A stretch of DNA of 64,000 bases. Origin: Candidatus Cloacimonadales bacterium. Its GTDB lineage: Bacteria > Cloacimonadota > Cloacimonadia > Cloacimonadales > JAFGVF01. The stretch covers positions 96,001-160,000 of the forward strand of contig CAXXOU010000003.1 in assembly GCA_963677495.2 (NCBI GenBank). The letters run 5' to 3'. Positions 54,704-64,000 of the stretch are shown here, piece after piece. Position numbers and translations under genes: made by a program. Every line of letters begins with the position of its first letter. Within the stretch, counting starts at the first letter, position 1. The notes under the pieces are model-generated. The model searched no databases and was not told the origin of the DNA. It saw nothing but the letters and a program-made list of their open reading frames with translations.

Positions 54704-55615
54704 TCACAAGCTATTTCTAACCTTTTTTGACGTAATTTGGATCAATACCCCATTCATTATATGGTGTGAAATGAGATAGAATACAGTTGGGATTGCTGCA
54801 ATAGGAGAGAAATGACCAACACAAATCATAATTGACAGGAGAGTATTTTTTTGGCCAATAGCTACAGGTAATGTGCGCTGCATGACTGGATTCTTTGTAG
54901 AAAGATACCCGATTGCATATAAGATAAAGGTGGTAAAAAACATGGCTAAGAAAAGATAAAATACTTCGTTAATAGGAGTTTCTCTAATCTTTAAACTTGC
55001 AGAAGCAACTGCTACCATCACCATGAATATTTGTAAAACATTTTTACGAGTATCTATATTCTCGACTATCCAAACTTTAACCATTTTGTGACGTTTTACA
55101 AGCAATGCTAAAGCCATCGGTATAAATACCACGACTAATACTCTCGCTAGGATTGCCACTGTAGGTACCTCTATCTCCTCTCCTTTTAACAAAAGGGTAG
55201 GGATAAAAGAATATGTTAAAGGTGACAGCAGATTGTAGATAACAACGTTGCTCATCATGAACTCCAAGTCCCCTTTGGTGACTGATATAATAACCGGAGA
55301 GCCTAAGGCCGGAGGAGTTATTACTGCAAAGAGTAAGCCGATGCGATAATCATTAATGAGGCTTTTAGTGGTGAAAAACACTATTGCAGGTAGAATTATC
55401 CAGTTAAATAACGGATATAACAGCAATTTTGGGTTAATAAAGTGATCGGGTCGGAAGTCCACTTTTAAGAAACTACAAAAGAGAAGCAGTAGTAAGATAT
55501 AGAAGATAAGTTCTTTAAATACTGCTAATTGAGGGAAGAGTAAACCAATCCCGCAAGCTAAAACCAGGAAGGCTCCGGTGTATTTCTTGATAAACGTCTC
55601 TATTGTGTAGAGCAT
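54704..55615 (-). CDS. Bile acid:sodium symporter (SBF-like) membrane protein
   Basis: About 10 TM helices, ITPPA..SPV, GQKNT. Confidence 0.7.
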   Translation of the reverse strand: MLYTIETFIKKYTGAFLVLACGIGLLFPQLAVFKELIFYILLLLLFCSFLKVDFRPDHFINPKLLLYPLFNWIILPAIVFFTTKSLINDYRIGLLFAVITPPALGSPVIISVTKGDLEFMMSNVVIYNLLSPLTYSFIPTLLLKGEEIEVPTVAILARVLVVVFIPMALALLVKRHKMVKVWIVENIDTRKNVLQIFMVMVAVASASLKIRETPINEVFYLFLAMFFTTFILYAIGYLSTKNPVMQRTLPVAIGQKNTLLSIMICVGHFSPIAAIPTVFYLISHHIMNGVLIQITSKKVRNSL

Positions 55616-55619
55616 ATAT

Positions 55620-56873
55620 CTATTTGTTTAGTTTCTCGATAATCGAATCAGCAGCCAACCAAGCTGTAGACCATGCAATTTGCAGATTGAAGCCACCTGT
55701 ATCTGCGTCTAGATCCAGCAATTCGCCAACTATATACAGTCCCGGTATTAGCTTCGACTCCATGGTGGATTGTTGTACTTCTTTGAGGTTAACACCACCT
55801 GCAGTGATTATTGCTTCCTCTATAGCACGTGTAGATTTTATGTTAAACCTTAAGTCCTTACAGAATCTATGTAGTCTTGTTCTTTCTTTTGCAGTGATTT
55901 GACTGACAGGCTTTTTCAAAGGCACAGCAATTCTTTTCGCACAAAAAGGTACAACTTTGCCTGGGAAGAGTGTTCTTAAAACTGATTCAAACTGTCGTTT
56001 GTTTTTATCTTCCAACTCTCTTATTAGTCTTGCTTTCATCTTCTCATCATCTAAAGCCGGTTTGAAATCAATACTAACTTCTACCTGTTTACCTTGACTT
56101 AAATATCTGCTTACATATCGACTAAGAGTTAAAATAATTGGACCGGTAAGTCCAAAATGGGCAAAAAGCATTTCGCCAAACTCACTGTGTTTTTTCTTCC
56201 CATCAACGTAAATAGATGCACTAACGTTCTTAAGACTCACACCCATCACCTCATTTACATCCTTCTCAACAGTGTTTAGGGGTATTAATGAAGGTAAAAT
56301 TGGAGTAACTGCATGACCCTGACGTTCTAAAATTCCATAACTTGAGCCATCAGTACCGGTAAGTGGATAAGATGCTCCACCTGTGGACATAATTACATTG
56401 TTGGAATAGTGATGGTTTCCTTCAGAGTCTATCACACCAACTAGTTTATCATCATGAATAAGAAGATCTGACACAACAGTCTCGTTGAGAATCTTTACTT
56501 TATTATCCAGGTTCCAGTAGAAAAGGGCATCAACAATATCCTGGGCTTTATCTGATTGAGGAAAATACCTTCCTCCTCTCTCCATCTTTGTCGGGATATT
56601 GAGAGTGTTCTCTATGAACTCAATCATATCAGTGTTGAAGAATCTCTTAAATGCAGGATAAAGAAACTTTGGATTAGGTTCGATATGGGCTAAAAACTCT
56701 CTAAGAGAAGCTGAATTAGTTATATTACATCTTCCTTTACCGGTTATACGTAGTTTACGTCCACATTTAACCATTTTTTCAAGTATGAGAACTTTGGCTC
56801 CACTCTCAGCAACATGTCCTGCAGCTAGTAATCCAGCAGCACCACCACCAACAACTATTAAATCATACCTCAT
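55620..56873 (-). CDS. HI0933/BaiN-family flavoprotein
   Basis: GGGAAG, GKGRCNITN, TGG.SYP.TG..G, TGGFNLQ.A. Confidence 0.92.
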   Translation of the reverse strand: MRYDLIVVGGGAAGLLAAGHVAESGAKVLILEKMVKCGRKLRITGKGRCNITNSASLREFLAHIEPNPKFLYPAFKRFFNTDMIEFIENTLNIPTKMERGGRYFPQSDKAQDIVDALFYWNLDNKVKILNETVVSDLLIHDDKLVGVIDSEGNHHYSNNVIMSTGGASYPLTGTDGSSYGILERQGHAVTPILPSLIPLNTVEKDVNEVMGVSLKNVSASIYVDGKKKHSEFGEMLFAHFGLTGPIILTLSRYVSRYLSQGKQVEVSIDFKPALDDEKMKARLIRELEDKNKRQFESVLRTLFPGKVVPFCAKRIAVPLKKPVSQITAKERTRLHRFCKDLRFNIKSTRAIEEAIITAGGVNLKEVQQSTMESKLIPGLYIVGELLDLDADTGGFNLQIAWSTAWLAADSIIEKLNK

Positions 56874-59005
56874 TGTTTAATTCCTAATATATCCATCATA
56901 AATGCATACTGAAAAGCAAGCTCTTCGAAATATTGATAACGCCCGGAGGCACCTTGGTGTCCTGACATATTAGTTCGTAAGAGTAAAGCATTATTATCTG
57001 TTTTCATGTAACGTAACTTAGCAACCCATTTCGTAGGTTCCCAGTAGTTAACTCTAGGGTCATAGAATCCCGCAATAACCAGCATATGTGGATATTGTTG
57101 GGGTCTAACATTTGTATATGGGCAATATGAGTTGATATAGTCAAAATACTTTTCCTCTCTTGGATTCCCCCATTCTTCATACTCAGCAACTGTTGCTACA
57201 AGGGTTGTATCAAGCATTGTATTAACTATATCTACAAAAGGTACATCTGCAATTGCCACCTTGCAAATATCAGGCCTCTGGTTGAGAACTGCTCCTATTA
57301 ACAAACCACCGGCACTACCACCTTCGATTACTAACTTCTCCCTGGAAGTGTATTCCATCTCCACAAGATAATCGCAACAGCTTATGAAGTCATTAAATGT
57401 GTTTTTCTTGTTTAGAAGACGACCGGCATTATACCATTTATCTCCATTCTCTCCCCCACCGCGTATATGAGCTATTGCATAAACGAATCCTCTATCCAGT
57501 AAACTAAGTCTGCTAGAGGAAAAATAAGCTTCACTCACAGAGCCATATGCACCATAACCTTCAATATAAAGAGGGTTACTGCCATTATGCTTAAACTTTT
57601 TCCTATTATACACTAAAGAAATCGGTATGCGTGTACCGTCACTTGCTTTTGCATAAATCTTTTCTGAGCGATAGTTATCCTGATTATAGCCTGAGGGAAT
57701 CTCCCGTTTCTTAAGTACCTTCCTGCTTTTAGTCTGAAGATCAAACTCATAAGCAATTTCAGGAGTAGTAAGCGATTCATAACTATACCTGAGAGTTGTT
57801 GTAAAGAAATCAGGATTACCATGTGTATAATAGCTGTAAGCGGGATCATCAAAGTCTATGTAATACTCTAACTTACTGATTAAATCATGAATTTTCATCA
57901 TAGTCTTACCATCTTTGATTTCATGTAAGACCATAAATCTATCGAAGAGCTCGAAGTATTCTAGAAAGACTTTGCTATCCTCTTTAATTACTTCTTCCCA
58001 GTTTCTATAATCCGGATTATCAGCATTTACCTTTATTAGCTTATAGTTTGGAGCTTCATCATTCGTTAAGATGTAGAATAGCCCATCTTTGTGAGAAATT
58101 GAGTACTGAACTCCGTTGACTCTCTCTCTGAGCATTTTGAACTCAGGGTATTCTGTATCAGCTTTAGCATAGTACATCTCATCGGTTACTTTACTGCTAG
58201 AACCTGCGATGAAATAGTTCTTATCTTTAGTTTTGTAGAGCCAAACATGATAACCGGCATCATCTTCTTTTAGAATAAGTTCATCCTCAGATTGAGGGGT
58301 TCCTAACTTATGCCTATAAAGAGAATCGGTGTAGTTTTCAATAAGGTTATCTTTGGTATAATATATGTATCGGTTATCATTACTCCATTCTATTGATGAC
58401 ACTGCATACAATGAATCTGACAATACTCTTCCGGTTTTTATATCCTTTATAAATAAGGTGTATATTTCTTCGCCAGTTGAATCATATGCATAAGCTACAA
58501 GCTTATGATTTGGACTAACAGCAATAATGTCGAGAGAGTAGTATTCATGACCTTCAGCCAGTTGATTAATATTAATCACAAGTTCCTCTTCAGATTCCAT
58601 TGAGTCTTTTCGACGACAATAGATAGAATAATCCTTTCCACTCTCATCTTTCATATAATAGAAATAGCAATCTTTTTGAATTGGAAGTGATAAATCATCA
58701 TGATTGATTCTTGCAACCATCTCCTTGTACAGATTCTCCTGTAAATCCAAAGTCGGCTCCATAACCTTCCCTGTATAAACATTCTCCTCTTCAATATATT
58801 CTATAACACTTTGATCAGTACGAGTTTTATCTTTAAGCCAGGAATATGAATCTCTTAGATAGTGATTATGTAGTCTTTTATACTGTTTTACTCTCTTTGC
58901 TTTTGGTGGAGTAACAACTCTTGCCAAGCCGGAAACATCAACTGCTCCCAGGAAACTGATTCCTGAGAGCAGCAGAGTGATAATTATTGTTTTAAGTATT
59001 TTCAT
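56870..59005 (-). CDS. ptrB: Oligopeptidase B (S9A) with signal peptide
   Basis: GYGAYG, HIRGGGE, GGSAGG, EWGNP, DPRV.YWEP.KW, GH.G.SGR. Confidence 0.9.
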   Translation of the reverse strand: MKILKTIIITLLLSGISFLGAVDVSGLARVVTPPKAKRVKQYKRLHNHYLRDSYSWLKDKTRTDQSVIEYIEEENVYTGKVMEPTLDLQENLYKEMVARINHDDLSLPIQKDCYFYYMKDESGKDYSIYCRRKDSMESEEELVININQLAEGHEYYSLDIIAVSPNHKLVAYAYDSTGEEIYTLFIKDIKTGRVLSDSLYAVSSIEWSNDNRYIYYTKDNLIENYTDSLYRHKLGTPQSEDELILKEDDAGYHVWLYKTKDKNYFIAGSSSKVTDEMYYAKADTEYPEFKMLRERVNGVQYSISHKDGLFYILTNDEAPNYKLIKVNADNPDYRNWEEVIKEDSKVFLEYFELFDRFMVLHEIKDGKTMMKIHDLISKLEYYIDFDDPAYSYYTHGNPDFFTTTLRYSYESLTTPEIAYEFDLQTKSRKVLKKREIPSGYNQDNYRSEKIYAKASDGTRIPISLVYNRKKFKHNGSNPLYIEGYGAYGSVSEAYFSSSRLSLLDRGFVYAIAHIRGGGENGDKWYNAGRLLNKKNTFNDFISCCDYLVEMEYTSREKLVIEGGSAGGLLIGAVLNQRPDICKVAIADVPFVDIVNTMLDTTLVATVAEYEEWGNPREEKYFDYINSYCPYTNVRPQQYPHMLVIAGFYDPRVNYWEPTKWVAKLRYMKTDNNALLLRTNMSGHQGASGRYQYFEELAFQYAFMMDILGIKQ

Positions 59006-61146
59006 TATTTGATAATGACAGCCTTTGAAGTAATAGAAGCTGAGTTTGATTGAAGTCTGATAAAGTAGATTCCTGACTTAAGGTTCGTACTCCATTCTAT
59101 CTCGTTAGTGCCTTTATTTATTCTACCTGAGAATATTGATTCAACTAACTGACCTTTTACATTGTACACACAAATCTTTGCATTTTCTAAAGAGCTCTTA
59201 GTATTTAAGCTTAGAATTGAATTTCCAGAGAAAGGATTAGGATAGGTATTCATTGTAATATTGCTAACAACAGGCTGGGTTATCTCTTCATTTGATACAC
59301 CTGCAAAGAGATGAAATCCAAGATGCGAAAAATCATCAGAATCGTATATATCCCATTCCCCATTGTTCTGAGGATCAGCTTGGCCGGACTGAGGAGCATT
59401 TATATGAAGTTTTCTTACTAAAGTAACGTTTTGCGCAAAGTTTGCGTCACCTGCAATGCCAATACGGTCTATTTCAACTCCATTCTTTAGAAGTCTGATC
59501 TGATCATTACCATTAAAATTGATAACTCCATTACTTGTTACATCTGCTTCATCAATGATATCCTGGCTTGATTGTGAATTCGCTATTACATAAACTTCAT
59601 TATGACCTAACATCCCTGTGAAATCGTATGTATTACCAAATTCATTCCCACCGTTTACATCTTTTTCTAGACTGTATTGAGAAAGGTCTACTGCCATACC
59701 TGTACCATTATAAATCTCAATAGCTTTGTTGTAACTACTACCTTCAATATACTCAGAGATAAAAAGATCTGTTGTAAAGTACATAGAACCAGCTTCAGTT
59801 GTAACTGACATAGTGTTTGAAAAATCACTGTATGTATTATTATGTAACGCTCTTACTCTGTAAAAATAAGTATGGTCAGGATACAATCCACTAACATTCA
59901 AAAATTGATCGTTTGTAACAAAACCGCTATAACCTGTCACATAACTAGTAAATGCTTCATCATTAGCAAGCTCAAATGAATAAGCATCAACAGAAGAGGT
60001 AATATCCCACTGTGCTGTAAAAGAGTTTGATTCAACATTGCTAGGGGATAATAGAGTCGGAGTTGGCATATCGTCATCTGTAATAGTTAAACTGAATGTA
60101 GAGATTGGACCGGGACCTGGTGTATTAGGACCATCAAAGTTACGTAACCCAAACACGATTGTCTCAGTTCCTTCAACCAAATCGTCATCTGTAATTCCAA
60201 TATTGATAACTTGAGCATCTTCTGAGTCAGCAGGGAATGTGATGATTTGTGTATTGAATCCATCAACATCGTTAGCATCACCGGAAACTAAGTAAGCTTC
60301 AACAGTAGTCTGCTCATCACCGGGATTCACAATAGTAAGGTTGACATTGATACTGTCATAGCTTTCCGGTAATGTAATTGAACTCATAGAATACTGAATA
60401 ACTGTATTAGGGGAAGTTGTCCCCCAAATATAATCAATAAACTCAGGGTGATCAACGAAAGGATTTCTGTTGTTTTGATAGCTGTATATCCCTTCATTTC
60501 GTTGCTGTTCTGCTACATCAACAGGATCAGACACATGCCATTCTAATAAGGTGTTGACCATATTGATCCCACCTCGTGTAAGAGATTCATTATAGCGAAC
60601 ATGGAAATACAATAATGCTCTAGCTACATTTCCTTTATGCTGATCAGCCGGTTCAAAACAGGTTGTTCCATTCATGTTCGCACCACGCTTACTTACATAT
60701 CCGTTGGCATAGGTATATGTATTACCAACACTTGTAACATTATCAAAAGGAAGATTTCCTCTTGATGAATTTACGTTACTATTCGTTGGGAAAAGATGGT
60801 GAATATCTGCTCGTTTAATTGATGATTCACTAGATCCGAACCAACTTTGTGCAAAAGTATGCTCACAATTCAAATACGTTTGATTAGGCATTCCACCAGG
60901 TGAGACATTATAATCTTGTCCTGTATATACACATCTAACAAGTCCACTATTATTATCGATATATCCGAACATCTCTTCCTTTGCACCAGTATAACTACTG
61001 TTGTTATTTGTAGAAATTATCGAATGTAAACCATTTTTTAGAGCATCTCCTGTTAATCCGGAAACACTATCATAATATCCTGGAGGATCTGCTTGTAGTA
61101 AGGCAAAGGAAACTACCAGAATCCAAAGTAATGTAAATTTTTTCAT
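59005..61146 (-). CDS. Secreted endonuclease I family nuclease with Calx-beta, Fn3, LTD and T9SS-type tail
   Basis: NCEHT..QS, DIHHLFP, VN..RGN, NRNPFVDHPE; LTD FISEYIEGSS.NKAIEIYN; YPNPF tail. Confidence 0.88.
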   Translation of the reverse strand: MKKFTLLWILVVSFALLQADPPGYYDSVSGLTGDALKNGLHSIISTNNNSSYTGAKEEMFGYIDNNSGLVRCVYTGQDYNVSPGGMPNQTYLNCEHTFAQSWFGSSESSIKRADIHHLFPTNSNVNSSRGNLPFDNVTSVGNTYTYANGYVSKRGANMNGTTCFEPADQHKGNVARALLYFHVRYNESLTRGGINMVNTLLEWHVSDPVDVAEQQRNEGIYSYQNNRNPFVDHPEFIDYIWGTTSPNTVIQYSMSSITLPESYDSINVNLTIVNPGDEQTTVEAYLVSGDANDVDGFNTQIITFPADSEDAQVINIGITDDDLVEGTETIVFGLRNFDGPNTPGPGPISTFSLTITDDDMPTPTLLSPSNVESNSFTAQWDITSSVDAYSFELANDEAFTSYVTGYSGFVTNDQFLNVSGLYPDHTYFYRVRALHNNTYSDFSNTMSVTTEAGSMYFTTDLFISEYIEGSSYNKAIEIYNGTGMAVDLSQYSLEKDVNGGNEFGNTYDFTGMLGHNEVYVIANSQSSQDIIDEADVTSNGVINFNGNDQIRLLKNGVEIDRIGIAGDANFAQNVTLVRKLHINAPQSGQADPQNNGEWDIYDSDDFSHLGFHLFAGVSNEEITQPVVSNITMNTYPNPFSGNSILSLNTKSSLENAKICVYNVKGQLVESIFSGRINKGTNEIEWSTNLKSGIYFIRLQSNSASITSKAVIIK

Positions 61147-61237
61147 GAAAAACCTCTTTCTTAATATTCTCTTATGTAAATGCTAAAATAACCCTCGAAG
61201 CCGTCAACAACAAACTATAAATGCTTTTATAACATGT

Positions 61238-61271
61238 AAAAAGAAACCGCATTTTTCAATGCGGTTTCTTT
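61238..61271 (-). terminator. Rho-independent terminator
   Basis: aaagaaaccgcatt..aatgcggtttcttt. Confidence 0.75.
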
Positions 61272-61290
61272 GGAAAGGGTAATCAGTAAT

Positions 61291-63351
61291 CTATTTAAGC
61301 AACATTGCTTTTGTTACACCTTCATAATCTGATGTTACCATACGAATAAAGTAAACACCACCGGCAACTGATTTATCGGCTTCATCTTTACCATTCCATT
61401 CTTCGTAATAGAGACCATCGTCATAGTTTTTGTTAACAAGTTCTTTAACCATTCTTCCTCGAACATCATATATTCTAATATTAACATGATCTGATTCCAC
61501 GAGGTTAAATGAGACCCTAGTTGTTGGGTTAAATGGGTTAGGATAGCAAGCATTAATCTTAGTAATTTCAGCAACTACAGGAGGGCCACTTTGAGAACCA
61601 TCACTTAAATCTGCAACAACAGGTCCGAAGAGATGAGTAGCACCATCTATATCAACGCATTCTAACCAATACCAATATTTGTAGCCTTCAATGACTTCGA
61701 TGTCGTTGAAAGTATAAGTTCTTTGTGTACTCTGTGTTGAAGTTGGTTCTGTTATCATTGAATGGAACTTCTCTGAAACATTCCAATCATCTGCTGCTGC
61801 ACGATAAATATAATATCCGCTCACTCCATTTTCAGTCTCTGTCACCCAAGTTAGTGTAACATCATCGTTTGAAGTAGTTACAGCATTGAATAGAGATAGT
61901 TCTACAGGTAATACTGTACCATCATCTTCACTTCCAAGAGTCCAATCACCAAATTTAGTGTTATTGTATTCACCATTCACAGTGAAATCACTAGCACCAA
62001 TAGTTGCTTTAATAACATGCTCTAAATCTGCATTTGCTTCATCAATAGTTGAAGTACAGTAGATATAAGAAGTTGTAGCATTAATTTCTTGAGCTAAACC
62101 AGTCCATGCTAATACACTGTTATAACTCTTGTTTGAGCCAATCTGAGTAGCTGTAGAAGTTGAGAAAGTTGTAGATGAGCTATGCCAGATCTTAAAACTA
62201 GCTGAGTTAAAATCTGCAGAAACAGCTGTTCCACTTAGGTTAACATTTAAAGCCGTTAAGTTTGTTGCACCCATATTAGTATTAACATCTGCTCTAAAGA
62301 ATGGCATATCGTTACCAACACCCATTGTTGGATAAACCATATAGTGTCCTTCAATAGCAGGCTCTAAGTATTTATCTGTTAAAGCACAACCATCAAAATC
62401 GATATCTTCATCCATTGTAATAGCATCACTAGCAACTGATAAATCTATTTTATCAGTATAATCAACTGTTTCACTTAGCTTAGCACAACAGAAAACATAT
62501 CCACCTGATGTATCGATTTCTTGAGTTAATCCTGTAAATGCCATTGAAGAACTATAGTTTTGTCCAGAGCCAAGCTGCGTATCTGTAGCCTCAGAGAATG
62601 TTGCATCTTCACTCCAGAAAATACCGAAACCATTTGATGCAAAGTCAGTTGCTGAAGCAGTACCTGATGAAGTATATGTAATAGAATTTAACTCAGCAGT
62701 ACCAGTATTAGTTACAAAGTTTAGATAACTGATAGGCTGCCAATCAAGATCTTGATATCCTAACAATGGCTGTCCGGCGTTAACTTCAGTACCAGTTATT
62801 GTTGTTTCAACTGTTGTTGATTCAATATTGATATACTCTCTCCAACCTGTATCAGGTGTTCCTGAAGGGACAGGATAAGAAGCACTAATTTGGTAATAAG
62901 ATGAGTTTCTCTGTCCTTGAGTCGTGTCAAAATCTTGGTTCTCACCATAGAGACCGAACATCAACTGAAATGACTGTGAGTTTGTTGCAGGAGTAGGTAG
63001 TACGAAATCAAATGTAGCTGTTTGATCATTTCCTGAAACACCACTACTTGTAAAGTTAGATACAGATACACCTGCAGAAGAGATGTATGTTCCAGCTCCA
63101 GGTTCAGTTGAACTGTACCAATAGATTCTTACTTTATCTAAATTAGTACCACTATAATATGGTCCCTGAATACTTTCCATTAGACTTGGATCATATTGAA
63201 CCTTTACACTAATAGTTTCTCCGCCGATTGCTAATGTATCTGCAGTTCCAGCACTGCCATGAAGTCCAATCCAATCAATTGAAATAGATTGTGCAAACAT
63301 TGCACTGCTAACCAATAACAGTAAAATCAATAAAAAATACCCTTTCTTCAT
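61291..63351 (-). CDS. Secreted Ser/Thr-rich protein with FlgD-Ig/T9SS-type tail
   Basis: Signal peptide, two internal ~150-aa repeats, LPVELSLF, YPNPFNP..GVYFIRM. Confidence 0.75.
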   Translation of the reverse strand: MKKGYFLLILLLLVSSAMFAQSISIDWIGLHGSAGTADTLAIGGETISVKVQYDPSLMESIQGPYYSGTNLDKVRIYWYSSTEPGAGTYISSAGVSVSNFTSSGVSGNDQTATFDFVLPTPATNSQSFQLMFGLYGENQDFDTTQGQRNSSYYQISASYPVPSGTPDTGWREYINIESTTVETTITGTEVNAGQPLLGYQDLDWQPISYLNFVTNTGTAELNSITYTSSGTASATDFASNGFGIFWSEDATFSEATDTQLGSGQNYSSSMAFTGLTQEIDTSGGYVFCCAKLSETVDYTDKIDLSVASDAITMDEDIDFDGCALTDKYLEPAIEGHYMVYPTMGVGNDMPFFRADVNTNMGATNLTALNVNLSGTAVSADFNSASFKIWHSSSTTFSTSTATQIGSNKSYNSVLAWTGLAQEINATTSYIYCTSTIDEANADLEHVIKATIGASDFTVNGEYNNTKFGDWTLGSEDDGTVLPVELSLFNAVTTSNDDVTLTWVTETENGVSGYYIYRAAADDWNVSEKFHSMITEPTSTQSTQRTYTFNDIEVIEGYKYWYWLECVDIDGATHLFGPVVADLSDGSQSGPPVVAEITKINACYPNPFNPTTRVSFNLVESDHVNIRIYDVRGRMVKELVNKNYDDGLYYEEWNGKDEADKSVAGGVYFIRMVTSDYEGVTKAMLLK

Positions 63352-63602
63352 ACGATTACCGTCCTTTTTTCATTCTTAATTTTTCCTAAAATTTATTCAA
63401 TAACACTTCTTTTCTACTTAGCTAAAGAGAAAAACTCCTTCACAATAAGCAAATTATTTCCTTTTTGAATTTTTGCCAAGTAATTTCTTTCTCTTTCATG
63501 AAACTATTCTAATCAAATTTCTATATCCCCCCATAAATAAAGCTTTCCCTTAATTTTCCTTTACACAAACTTTATTTACTATTCTTTGTGTTTGAGGTTT
63601 AT

Positions 63603-64000
63603 ATGCACATTTATATGATTTATAATTTTCAAGCAGGAAATATGAAAGCAAAAAAACTCTTTGATAAAGTTTCGAAGCTTTTAGCTAAGGAGCAAATTAC
63701 CTATACTCTTTTTATCCCAAGATACCACAAACATGCAATCGAAGAGGTTAGTTTTTTAGAACTATCGACATTTGATGCAATTGTAGCTGCAGGTGGAGAT
63801 GGTACTTTCTTTGAAGTTATAAATGGGTACATGCATAATAAATCACCGAAGAAACCTCCGATAGGATTCATACCCTTAGGCACTGGAAATGCCTTTTCAA
63901 GGAGTTTTTCCCGGGGAAAGATGCTATAGTTAAAGCAGTTAAAGCAATTGTTAGAAACAATCCACAGCATATTGACATTATGAAATCATCAAATATTAAG
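63603..64000 (+). pseudogene. Diacylglycerol-kinase (YegS/DAGK) family gene with an apparent frameshift; runs off the window
   Basis: IYN.QAG, AGGDGT..EVING, IPLGTGN.F; after ~63900 the plausible continuation is in another frame (EFFPGKDAIVKAVKAIVRNNPQHIDI). Confidence 0.65.

Overview
AT-rich bacterial chromosome segment, most consistent with an FCB-group anaerobe, probably Cloacimonadota. That assignment is an inference from several secreted proteins with 'YPNPFNP' T9SS/FlgD-Ig-type tails, Gram-negative envelope genes and the gene order. In order: a + strand housekeeping run (partial OM beta-barrel, recJ-like, polyprenol-kinase-like, GT2, nitrilase, ligA, lptF/lptG); a cobalamin-riboswitch-controlled B12 uptake operon (btuD-btuB-BtuG-like propeller with a secretion tail); a 1547-aa GLUG protein with a 565-bp near-identical internal duplication; the complete S10-spc-alpha ribosomal cluster (no adk, not joined to tuf); a frameshifted four-helix-bundle pseudogene; two ECF sigma modules; bamA-radical SAM-ispD-atypical long glmS-ispF; a large Fn3/FGE-sulfatase lipoprotein; and secreted peptidase and nuclease genes. 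No CRISPR array, reverse transcriptase, transposase, integrase, rRNA or tRNA was seen. The least explained signals are non-coding: two elements pairing an inverted DnaA-box palindrome with ~11-bp-phased motifs (15.4 kb, 38.5 kb), a hairpin carrying nine CASTG motifs on an 11-bp lattice, and an adjacent 3 x 138-bp tandem array (54.1-54.7 kb). The GlmS has an apparent N-terminal propeptide before its catalytic Cys. All alignments and counts were made by eye.
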